Assembly: GCA_965238175.1 (NCBI GenBank) | Contig: CBDEGZ010000003.1 | Span: 3,008,001-3,072,000, forward strand | Source of the DNA: Gammaproteobacteria bacterium | GTDB taxonomy: Bacteria > Pseudomonadota > Gammaproteobacteria > CAJXQU01 | Reading direction: 5' to 3' | DNA length: 64,000 bases | Shown: piece after piece, positions 1 through 8,466 of the stretch | Layout of the letters: each line of letters begins with the position of its first letter | How positions within the stretch are numbered: position 1 is the first letter of the stretch | Translations under genes and position numbers: made by a program | The notes under the pieces: model-generated | Databases searched by the model: none | Seen by the model: the letters and a program-made list of their open reading frames with translations, nothing else | What the model was told of the DNA's origin: nothing

Positions 1-473
1 GCCACCAGGTCTTCTCAACCTTGCATACCAATGATGCCGGCAGCGCAATTACACGTTTGCTTGATATGGGTGTTCAAGATTATCTACTTACCTCAACTGT
101 TAACGCGATTATCGGGCAACGTCTTGTTAGAACACTTTGCCCACATTGTAAAAAAGAACATGGCGTTTTACCGGAATTACAAAAACAACTACATTTAGAT
201 AAATACGGTTATCAAGAAGGTCAATCGATTTATGAAGCGGTAGGCTGTGATCAATGTGCGCATAGCGGTTTTAATGGACGCACGATTATTTTGGAATTCT
301 TGCCAATTTCAGACACCATCAGACAATTAGTATTAGCCAAAGCAGATGGCTCCCGCATTCAAAAAGCCGCCATTGAAGAAGGGATGCAATCCATGCGTGG
401 CCATGGCCTGAAAAAAGCAATCCGCGGTGAAACCACACTGGAAGAAGTGCTTAGAGTCACTCAGGAAATCTAA
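1..473 (+). CDS. gspE: Type II secretion ATPase GspE, C-terminal part (truncated by window start)
   Basis: [12 protein letters not shown] His-box, [11 protein letters not shown] and GCDQC tetracysteine motif, [12 protein letters not shown]-terminus; stop overlaps the gspF start. Confidence 0.95.
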   Translation, partial: HQVFSTLHTNDAGSAITRLLDMGVQDYLLTSTVNAIIGQRLVRTLCPHCKKEHGVLPELQKQLHLDKYGYQEGQSIYEAVGCDQCAHSGFNGRTIILEFLPISDTIRQLVLAKADGSRIQKAAIEEGMQSMRGHGLKKAIRGETTLEEVLRVTQEI

Positions 474-1690
474 TGTCTTTATTTAGTTATCGTGCACTGA
501 CCGCAAACGGCGAATCCATTACTGGTGAAATCGAAGCTCCCAGCAAGGAGGCGGTCGTTAATCAATTACACGAAGCTGGCCATATTCCGATATCAACCGA
601 AGAAGTCGGTAATTTAAATTCTTCTATAAAAAAAAATAAACGAACCAGATCAAAAAATCTATCCTCCGATGAGGTTCAATTAATCACCGGTAAACTTGCA
701 TTGATGCTGCGCGCAGGTTTACCACTCGATCATGCACTAGAACTACTTTCAAATCTTGTCACTCCAGGTCCTGGACAGCAATTACTTGAAAAAGTACGTG
801 CCGATGTGCAAAACGGCGCCGCACTTTCCGAAGCAATGAAAGCTTATCCGGATACGTTTAATAAACTCTACATAAGTACACTCAAAGCAGGTGAAACCGC
901 AGGTGCTTTAGATACTGTTCTGGAAAGGCTGGCAGAATATCTGGAACGAAGTCGAGCGTTGAAAGAAACGGTTATATCCGCATTAATCTATCCAGCAATT
1001 CTACTGTTCGTTGCCATGATTTCCTTAGGGATATTATTGGTCTATGTCGTACCACAATTTAGTGATCTATTTGAAGGTATGGGACAAGCCATGCCAGCAT
1101 CGACTGCATTCGTAATTGCGATCTCTACTTTTGTACAAAATTATTGGTGGTTGATTTTAGGCCTCGTGTTTATTAGCTATCAAAGCTTCAAATGGATGCT
1201 GAAAAACCCATCATTTCGTAAATCGATAGATAAAAAATTATTAAAAATTCCTTTGATTTCTGATCTAATCAAAAAGGTGGAAACCGCACGTTTCAGCCGC
1301 ACGCTTGGCACCTTATCGGCCAACGGTGTACCTTTGTTGACTGGCTTGAATATTGTCAGTGATACAGTCACTAATAGCGTGATGGCTGAAGCATTGTCCG
1401 ATGTTTCTGATCAATTACGCGAAGGTAAAGGGATGGCAAAACCATTATCAAAATCTGGTATTTTTCCACAACTCGCCGTACAGCTTATTCAGGTTGGAGA
1501 AGAAACTGGAGAATTGGAAAAAATGCTCCATCAGCTTGCTGATATCTATGACAATGAAGTCAAAGAAACCGTCAAGCGTTTACTGGCACTATTGGAACCT
1601 GCTTTGATCGTTGGGTTAGGCATAATAATTGCCGGTATTATTATTTCCATTCTCTTAGCTATTCTTGGCTTGAATGAATTCGTCGTCTAA
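473..1690 (+). CDS. gspF: Type II secretion inner-membrane platform protein GspF
   Basis: MLRAGLPL, AGETAGAL..VLERLAEY, ALIYP, VGEETGEL motifs; three TM segments. Confidence 0.95.
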   Translation: MSLFSYRALTANGESITGEIEAPSKEAVVNQLHEAGHIPISTEEVGNLNSSIKKNKRTRSKNLSSDEVQLITGKLALMLRAGLPLDHALELLSNLVTPGPGQQLLEKVRADVQNGAALSEAMKAYPDTFNKLYISTLKAGETAGALDTVLERLAEYLERSRALKETVISALIYPAILLFVAMISLGILLVYVVPQFSDLFEGMGQAMPASTAFVIAISTFVQNYWWLILGLVFISYQSFKWMLKNPSFRKSIDKKLLKIPLISDLIKKVETARFSRTLGTLSANGVPLLTGLNIVSDTVTNSVMAEALSDVSDQLREGKGMAKPLSKSGIFPQLAVQLIQVGEETGELEKMLHQLADIYDNEVKETVKRLLALLEPALIVGLGIIIAGIIISILLAILGLNEFVV

Positions 1691-2081
1691 GAACAAAAAA
1701 ATGCAGCAGGGATTTTCTTTGCTGGAAGTTCTGGTTGCCTTTTCTATCCTGGCATTGAGCTTATCCGTTCTGTTTCAAATTTACTCACGCGGCACACAAA
1801 GTACTGCACTCTCTCATGACTACAACCGGGCCGTGATCATTGCTCAATCGAAAATGGCTGAACTCGATCAGGAGAGGAAAATCGTCCTCGGTGAAAAAAA
1901 TGGTACTACTGATGAAGAAGTTCAATGGCAACGAATAGTTAGTGAGTATCAAGATCCAGATCCTGAGTTTTTCAACCGTAATTACCAACTGGTAGATGTT
2001 GAAGTGATTATTCGCTGGACTACCATGGGCCGTGATTACGATTTCAGCCTTAAATCTCGCCGTATTACGGATATGAAATAG
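1674..2081 (+). CDS. gspI: Minor pseudopilin GspI (alternative start ATG 1701)
   Basis: Prepilin cleavage motif QQG/FSLLEVLVAFSIL; size and position fit Xps-type GspI. Confidence 0.8.
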   Translation: MNSSSKNKKMQQGFSLLEVLVAFSILALSLSVLFQIYSRGTQSTALSHDYNRAVIIAQSKMAELDQERKIVLGEKNGTTDEEVQWQRIVSEYQDPDPEFFNRNYQLVDVEVIIRWTTMGRDYDFSLKSRRITDMK

Positions 2082-2854
2082 TGATAGGATTAAACAGGAA
2101 AAACAATCATGGTTTCACTCTTGTTGAGATTCAGATCGCACTTTTGCTATTAGTTTTGATCATGGGAATTCTATTTGGTGCATTACATTTAGCGTCTAAA
2201 AGTTGGAAGACCGGCCAAATTCAGAATGAATTGGTTGAAGAGCAAAGATTGGTCGCAGAATTTATGCGTAAACAATTTAGTCAGGTTATGCCGATACTTT
2301 GGATAACATCTCGAGGCTCTGATCTGATCTTTCGTGGCAATGAAGACTCAATGCTATACGTCAGTATTTTGCCTGCAAATCGCCTGTCCGGATTACCTTC
2401 TTTATTACAACTAGTAAAAAGTAATAACAAATTAGAGTTTGGTTACAGCCTTTTAACACCGGATCAAGTACCCTTTGACACGCGTGATCGTATGAATAAA
2501 ACACAGGTGATGGATGATATTGAGGAGATCAAGTTCCAATACTTCGGTAAAAAAAATAAAGGATCAAAATCCCCAGCATGGTATTCAAGCTGGGAAAGCA
2601 AAAGGAAACTTCCCAAATTGATTAAATGTCAGATCAGCCTTGCAAACGGCAAAAAATGGCCCGAAATGATTTTCCCACTTCACATTGATGACCCAACAGG
2701 CTTCAGACAATTCTTCCTGCAAGAATCAAGAAGCTATGAATTTGATCAAGGTGGTCAAAGCCGTGATCCAAACTCGCGGGAAGGTAAAGGTCCATCCCTT
2801 GACATAGATGAAGTCGATGATATTGAAAATACCGGGGGGCCGGGAAGTGGTTAG
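2081..2854 (+). CDS. gspJ: Minor pseudopilin GspJ
   Basis: G/FTLVEIQIALLL prepilin motif; W.SSW...KLP.LI C-terminal motif typical of GspJ. Confidence 0.85.
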   Translation: MIGLNRKNNHGFTLVEIQIALLLLVLIMGILFGALHLASKSWKTGQIQNELVEEQRLVAEFMRKQFSQVMPILWITSRGSDLIFRGNEDSMLYVSILPANRLSGLPSLLQLVKSNNKLEFGYSLLTPDQVPFDTRDRMNKTQVMDDIEEIKFQYFGKKNKGSKSPAWYSSWESKRKLPKLIKCQISLANGKKWPEMIFPLHIDDPTGFRQFFLQESRSYEFDQGGQSRDPNSREGKGPSLDIDEVDDIENTGGPGSG

Positions 2855-3797
2855 TTCTGATCAACTAAACAAACAGAACGGTATCGCTCTCGTTATTGTT
2901 CTTTGGATGCTGGCATTGCTTTCCATTATCGCTTTAGCCTATTCGGGGATGACGCGATCAGAAAGCCAATTAACCGGCAATGTCGCACGTTCGGCTAAGG
3001 CAAGAGCTGTTGCCGAAGCGGGTTTATGGACTGCCGTTCACGACCTACTTAGGCCTCCCAATGAAAGACGTTTTTCTCCGGATGGTGTTGTCGTTAACTT
3101 ACTAATGGATAATGATCAGGAAGTACTCATATCGATTCAAGACGAGTCAGGAAAAGTAGATCTTAATAAAGCCAGCCAGGAACTATTGCTAGGTCTGATC
3201 AAATCTACCGGACTAGATTATGAGCAAAGCTTGCACCTCGTAGAAGCAATACTAGACTGGCGAGATAAAGATAATCTGCAACGCGTTAACGGTGCCGAAA
3301 CAGCAGAATATGCAGCAAATGATCTACCCTACGGTGCAAAAAATGGAACTTTTAACAGCGTAGAAGAACTTATGCTTATTCGAGGTATGACACAGGAGAT
3401 TTTTGACCAAGTGAAATCTGGCTTAACGGTTAACTCTATGCAAGCGCGAGTCCGCCTATCAACCAGTCCTGCAAGCGTACTAAATGGCTTACCCGGAATG
3501 ACTGAAGATCTAGCTGCAGAGATTATAGCTAGTCGCTTCAATGATGGTACTGTTATAATTCCATCATCCGTTATACCTGATATTACTCAACCCTATATTT
3601 TTGCATCAGGCCGCGGCAATATTTATACAATTGTAAGTAATGCTAGCGTTGATGAAGTAATTTCAAAACTTCAGGTAACATTGATACTTAAAAAAGTTGG
3701 GAACAGGCCAATTACGATACTCGATTGGAAAGAGGTTGCTCCCACCCTGAAAATTTTCCCCGAACAGGAAATATTAACTGATAATGTCTCACTCTAA
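2808..3797 (+). CDS. gspK: Minor pseudopilin GspK (probable start GTG 2847)
   Basis: G/IALVIVLWML lacking Glu5, DESGKVDLN, AILDWRD.D, F.SVEEL..IRGM. Confidence 0.92.
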   Translation: MKSMILKIPGGREVVSSDQLNKQNGIALVIVLWMLALLSIIALAYSGMTRSESQLTGNVARSAKARAVAEAGLWTAVHDLLRPPNERRFSPDGVVVNLLMDNDQEVLISIQDESGKVDLNKASQELLLGLIKSTGLDYEQSLHLVEAILDWRDKDNLQRVNGAETAEYAANDLPYGAKNGTFNSVEELMLIRGMTQEIFDQVKSGLTVNSMQARVRLSTSPASVLNGLPGMTEDLAAEIIASRFNDGTVIIPSSVIPDITQPYIFASGRGNIYTIVSNASVDEVISKLQVTLILKKVGNRPITILDWKEVAPTLKIFPEQEILTDNVSL

Positions 3798-4872
3798 TTC
3801 TTCTTTTCTACAATGGTGGTTCCAGGGCCTGGGCTATCTCGTCCCTCGATCGCTTAAGACTCTTTTTAGTCCCGTAAAAAAGAGGATCTTATTACAGTTC
3901 AAAGATGAGCGGCTAGCCGTAGTTTGGCCAAATCAAAAAAGTGAAAGCCCCCTAGATTATTATTCAATTCAAGAAACAAATGATCAAAAATTATTCCTTA
4001 AACGTCTATCAAAGTTTCATAAAGAAAAACATGATATTTCTCTTTGTATTCCGGCAAAAAAAGGACTGAGAAACATTCTGAAATTACCCTTAAGTGCAGA
4101 AACGGATTTATCTCACATTCTCGAATTTGAAATTGATCGGCAAACCCCTTTTCGTCGTGAAGATATCTATTCTGGTCATCGCCTTATTACAAAAAATCCA
4201 GAAACAAATACCCTTGATGTCGAACTCAATGTCGTTCCCAAAAAGAGCGTAGATCCTCAATTAGCTGAGCTTAAACAAATAGGTGTTGTTCCTACAAGAA
4301 TCGAATTACAGAATGATAATGCCGAATATGGAATTAATATTCTTCAAAAAAGTAATTCTGAAGGGGAGCATAAAGCGACTCGATACATTAATTTTTCACT
4401 TTTATTTCTAACCTTTTTACTAACACTCGTAGCGATAGCACTGCCTTTCAAACATCTTGAAGATGCTCTAAAAACATCGAAAGAAGAGATTGAACTTTCA
4501 AGAAAAGAAGCCCTCGAAATTAATAACCTGAAAGCTGCCTGGGAAAAATCTCTGGAAAAACAGTCTTTCATTAGCGACAAAGTGAACAGTAGAAAATCGA
4601 TGACAGTGATACTGGACGAATTAACTAAAATCATCCCTGATAATTCATGGTTAAATCGGCTACAGCTAAGAGGTGATACGATCAGACTTCATGGAGAATC
4701 TGCTGCTGCTACAGATTTGATTGGTATCATAGAGCAATCAGACTATTTTAGTGATGCTCGCTTTCAATCTCCCGTAACGAATAACGTTTCGACGGGAAAT
4801 GATCGTTTTCAAATCACTGCAAAAATAACCGATGGAAATCTTGATCAAAAGAATCAGCAGGTGTCACAATGA
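3784..4872 (+). CDS. gspL: GspL/PilN-like T2SS protein (XpsL type)
   Basis: FLQWW N-terminus, FEIDRQTPF motif, single TM, PilN-like C-terminus (LDELT.IIPD.SWL..L, ARFQSPV). Confidence 0.85.
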   Translation: MSHSNSSFLQWWFQGLGYLVPRSLKTLFSPVKKRILLQFKDERLAVVWPNQKSESPLDYYSIQETNDQKLFLKRLSKFHKEKHDISLCIPAKKGLRNILKLPLSAETDLSHILEFEIDRQTPFRREDIYSGHRLITKNPETNTLDVELNVVPKKSVDPQLAELKQIGVVPTRIELQNDNAEYGINILQKSNSEGEHKATRYINFSLLFLTFLLTLVAIALPFKHLEDALKTSKEEIELSRKEALEINNLKAAWEKSLEKQSFISDKVNSRKSMTVILDELTKIIPDNSWLNRLQLRGDTIRLHGESAAATDLIGIIEQSDYFSDARFQSPVTNNVSTGNDRFQITAKITDGNLDQKNQQVSQ

Positions 4873-5465
4873 AACTCACTCGCTGGCAACATGGTTTATT
4901 GTCGTTCCTTATTTTAGTTGGGCTTGTAGCGCTGGTTTATGCTGCCTGCGTCCGGCCTGCTTTGACTTATTATCAAGATAAACAAGCAGAGTTAGAAACA
5001 CAGCAAGAACGTTTACAACGATACAAGAATGTGGCCAACCAAAAAGATACGCTGATCCCTTTTTATAAGAAACAGATCAATCAAAGCTCAGATACCGTCA
5101 ATTTTATGCCAGTGATGGCACCTTCTCTCGCAGCAGCAAAATTACAAGAACAGATTAAGTCTTTGCTTGAAAAAAATCACGGTCAACTCATCAGTACTCA
5201 ACCTATTCCAGCTCAAGCTGAAGACGTTGTCACACCGATAACGATCAAAGTACATATAAAATCTAATACTGACGCTTTACTACACGTATTGCATGATCTT
5301 GAATCAAAACGACCCTTAACGTTTATTGAGAATTTACAAATCCAAAGTGTCGGAGGATCAAATAGAAAAAACAACCGATCTAAAAATCAAAATATAAAAC
5401 CTTTGAACACCCGTTTTGATCTCAAAGTTTATATGCTGAATAAGGAAGCGAACCCAACGCCATGA
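4869..5465 (+). CDS. gspM: T2SS protein GspM (XpsM type)
   Basis: N-terminal TM, coiled coil, LAAAKLQ and LH.LES.RP..FIENL motifs; position after gspL. Confidence 0.8.
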   Translation: MKLTRWQHGLLSFLILVGLVALVYAACVRPALTYYQDKQAELETQQERLQRYKNVANQKDTLIPFYKKQINQSSDTVNFMPVMAPSLAAAKLQEQIKSLLEKNHGQLISTQPIPAQAEDVVTPITIKVHIKSNTDALLHVLHDLESKRPLTFIENLQIQSVGGSNRKNNRSKNQNIKPLNTRFDLKVYMLNKEANPTP

Positions 5466-6130
5466 GTAGCAAAACTATCACTTTTCTACTAGTCGTGATG
5501 TGTACCATTCTTGGGAATTTGATCTACTACAACCTCAAGAACCAACCGGTATTTGATCAATTAGAAACTACCGAATTACCAAAAGAACCAACTTCCAAAG
5601 AAATCCAAAAAGTTTCAACATCGCAATTGGCTAATATAGATAGTTACAGCGAAATTATCGAACGTCCGCTCTTCTCTTTCGACAGACAAGAAACCCAGGA
5701 AGAAATTGTTACTGAACAAATTCCAACACAAAGGCCCGCAAGAGATCCAAACCTTCAACTAATCGGTATTGTACTAAGCGATGAAGGCCAAATTGCGCTG
5801 ATCAAAACTAGGAAAGATCCTAAAGTTAAGCGAGTCAAACTAGACGAAAAGATCGAAAACTGGACTTTGATCGAATTACAAAATAATTCGGTGAAGCTGC
5901 TCTCTGGCAAACAAGAATTTGTTTTAGAAATGACTAGAAAAGCCGATCCTAATAAGCGCATGCAATTAAACAATATCAATCAGCGTGATCAAAGGAATAA
6001 CTTGCCACCTGGAATGTCAAATCCCATCCCAACAGGACAGAGAACACTCGATCCTAGTAGTCCTGTATCCGGTATGGATGAATTTGATGAGATGGATGAA
6101 GAAGATGAGGATGAGGATGAAATCAATTAA
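5462..6130 (+). CDS. XpsN/GspC-like T2SS accessory protein with acidic tail
   Basis: N-terminal TM, IIERPLF...R motif, L.LIGIVL..ALI and WTL.E..NSVKL beta segments as in XpsN-type proteins; last gene of the coupled run. Confidence 0.65.
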   Translation: MSSKTITFLLVVMCTILGNLIYYNLKNQPVFDQLETTELPKEPTSKEIQKVSTSQLANIDSYSEIIERPLFSFDRQETQEEIVTEQIPTQRPARDPNLQLIGIVLSDEGQIALIKTRKDPKVKRVKLDEKIENWTLIELQNNSVKLLSGKQEFVLEMTRKADPNKRMQLNNINQRDQRNNLPPGMSNPIPTGQRTLDPSSPVSGMDEFDEMDEEDEDEDEIN

Positions 6131-6186
6131 CAACCAGATCATTACACTGGCTCAATAGCCCTTTCGCATAAGCTGGAAATTCATAC

Positions 6187-6588
6187 ATGATCAAATGCCT
6201 ATCTCAAATTGCACTTATATCTTTACTGTCTTATTCACCCTTTTCTTTAAGTCAGCAGGAAAACGAGAAACACAGTACAAACAATAATATGATGAATTCA
6301 GTCATTGTTACCTTAGCAATTCCAGAACAAAATAAAAATTCGTCTGATGCTATTGCTACCGCTCAAGATAAGCTATTACAAGCTTTGGAGCTGTATGAAA
6401 CCGAAAACATCACGCGCTATCGCTTTTCACCAATAATAGCCTTATCCATTGACCAAGCCGGACTTGAAATACTAAAAACGCTGGAGAATATAACGTCTAT
6501 TACGAAAGAGAATCTACACCAGACACAAAATACTCCCCAACCTGAAACAAGTTCTAAAACGAATAATCCACCATGTGAAAATGAATAA
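6187..6588 (+). CDS. Small secreted protein resembling a subtilase propeptide / peptidase inhibitor I9 domain
   Basis: Signal peptide; VIVTL...ITRYRFSPIIALSIDQAGLEILKTLENITSITKENL aligns by eye with the prodomain of the S8 protease at 8467. Confidence 0.6.
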   Translation: MIKCLSQIALISLLSYSPFSLSQQENEKHSTNNNMMNSVIVTLAIPEQNKNSSDAIATAQDKLLQALELYETENITRYRFSPIIALSIDQAGLEILKTLENITSITKENLHQTQNTPQPETSSKTNNPPCENE

Positions 6589-6899
6589 TTAAACCTGGAT
6601 GCTACAGTGTCTGAAATATTCAATCTGAATGATATGTTTCAACTGGTCATTGGATTGTCTCAATGATAAACCATCTGGACAGCACCCCTTTGTTCCATGC
6701 AGAGATGAGTTTTTCTTTCATATTTGTCTCACATCCGTGACTAAATCAACACTGTAATGACTCGCTAAACCTACATTACTTTCAAGGTCTATCCAAGAGT
6801 CAAATACATTTATGTAAACGCGTAATTTACCTCCTCATTCGTTTGGTATTTGGATGTACCAAAGATCGAGTTACATGTAAGACATCGAATGTGCTCATG

Positions 6900-8027
6900 C
6901 TAGTCAAGTATTTGGAGTTTAGAGATTAAAGAATCTGCAACCTTTTGATGACCATATACGTTCCAGTGAGCATCTAAATTAAAATAAGTACTTCTAGTCT
7001 CTGTTCTGAGAAGAGGGATCATGTCGAAACAGTCAATACCCTGCTCTTTACAATTCTGCATTACATTGGTGATAAGTTTTTTTGAGTCGTAAGCAGCAAG
7101 TCTTTGGGAATCATCAAGATTGGTATGATAGCTATTTTCATTTTTATTAATGAAGAAATCCTGTGGAATTAAGAAGTTTGTCAATCTACATTTTGAATTT
7201 CTGGATTTACATCTTTTTTCTAATTGCTTCATAAACATTAAATTATTGGAACAGGCTTCTTTATCTTCACCAGAGTCAAAAGCTATAGGGTTAGCACTAT
7301 TAGGTCTTGCCTTTTCATTAAAAACAAGAGTGGAAGCATCTGGATGATAATAGATCTTCTTAAATAATACCTTAAAGAAAGAGGAGTAATTGCTTAACAC
7401 CCTTACATACCCTGGGTATTCCGTACGATCAGCTGTTATATTTCCATCTTTAATAATACGCGTTGGATAACCTCCTTGGCTTTCCGATATTAAAATCGTT
7501 TCATTAATATCTGAGAAACAATCATTCCCAAGATAGGTAAATACATAAACACGCGAAGGTCTTAAATCTTTATTTAAATTAAAGTGGAGGAGGTAATGCG
7601 GAGTAGTAAACCCGCCACTATACGCAAAGTTTGCAATATTCATGGAGCCAAGCTTAGACGAAATTATATCCGAAAATCGTTCGCCTTCACTTACGCCCAA
7701 ACCAAAAGTAAATGAATCTCCATAGAAAATGATATCTACGGGTTGCCCAACATTATAGTTTTTATTTCGATAACCATTTGAGTTGACTTCGAAAGATTCT
7801 GTAAACTCATCTGTAGTATTGGAGTAAAGTCCTGGTTTAAATTCATATATCTTATTCTCAGTGAATGGATATGCAGAACTCCAAAAAGCATAAGAATTTC
7901 TGGTGTTTGTATTATTCTCATTCGTTAATTTTATACTATAAAAAAATTCTAAAAAGATGAAAAGGATCAGCAAAAAAATTAAAAAAATACTTGAGTTCCA
8001 TAATAAAATATTTGTTGTAGGTTTCAT
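6900..8027 (-). CDS. Membrane-anchored SGNH/GDSL-fold hydrolase or acyltransferase
   Basis: YGDSFTFG (block I), YLGND (block III), DAHWN..GH (block V); N-terminal TM; AT-rich. Confidence 0.8.
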   Translation of the reverse strand: MKPTTNILLWNSSIFLIFLLILFIFLEFFYSIKLTNENNTNTRNSYAFWSSAYPFTENKIYEFKPGLYSNTTDEFTESFEVNSNGYRNKNYNVGQPVDIIFYGDSFTFGLGVSEGERFSDIISSKLGSMNIANFAYSGGFTTPHYLLHFNLNKDLRPSRVYVFTYLGNDCFSDINETILISESQGGYPTRIIKDGNITADRTEYPGYVRVLSNYSSFFKVLFKKIYYHPDASTLVFNEKARPNSANPIAFDSGEDKEACSNNLMFMKQLEKRCKSRNSKCRLTNFLIPQDFFINKNENSYHTNLDDSQRLAAYDSKKLITNVMQNCKEQGIDCFDMIPLLRTETRSTYFNLDAHWNVYGHQKVADSLISKLQILD

Positions 8028-8291
8028 ATTCCTTCTATACTAGTTACGTGTTTTTATATCTTTATTTGCTTGAAAGAAAACTATAGAGTTTTTATAGATG
8101 GTTAAGCTAAGTTCGGACATTAAGAGGTCTTACAGTATAAACATAAAATCAAGCTAAATCCTTGTAACATGATCGTATTTAATAACCAGGTTGTTCCATA
8201 AACATAAATTTTCAGTTTATCTTACTTAGTCGGAGTCTATACATCGATCTGGGGTTAGTTATCCACGTCTTTCTTTTTTAATCCTGAGTAT

Positions 8292-8307
8292 TGTGATGAG
8301 AATCACA
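8292..8307. promoter_or_regulatory. CRP/Clp-type binding site
   Basis: Exact TGTGA-N6-TCACA (tgtgatgagaatcaca) about 160 bp upstream of the S8 protease gene. Confidence 0.55.
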
Positions 8308-8337
8308 AACTACCTTGTTAAACCGTCCCATATACAC

Positions 8338-8365
8338 TAAAGGTTTCCATCAAATGTTCCGATAA
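8338..8365 (+). promoter_or_regulatory. Possible sigma28-like promoter for the S8 protease
   Basis: TAAA-N16-TCCGATAA; the spacer is one base longer than the usual N15. Confidence 0.3.
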
Positions 8366-8466
8366 ATAACTTAATCAACGTTGCTCTGTAGGATTGATAT
8401 TGGATGTATCAACAATATCCAAGAGTAACGAACTGAATAAAATATATAACCAAGGATGGTAAATCA

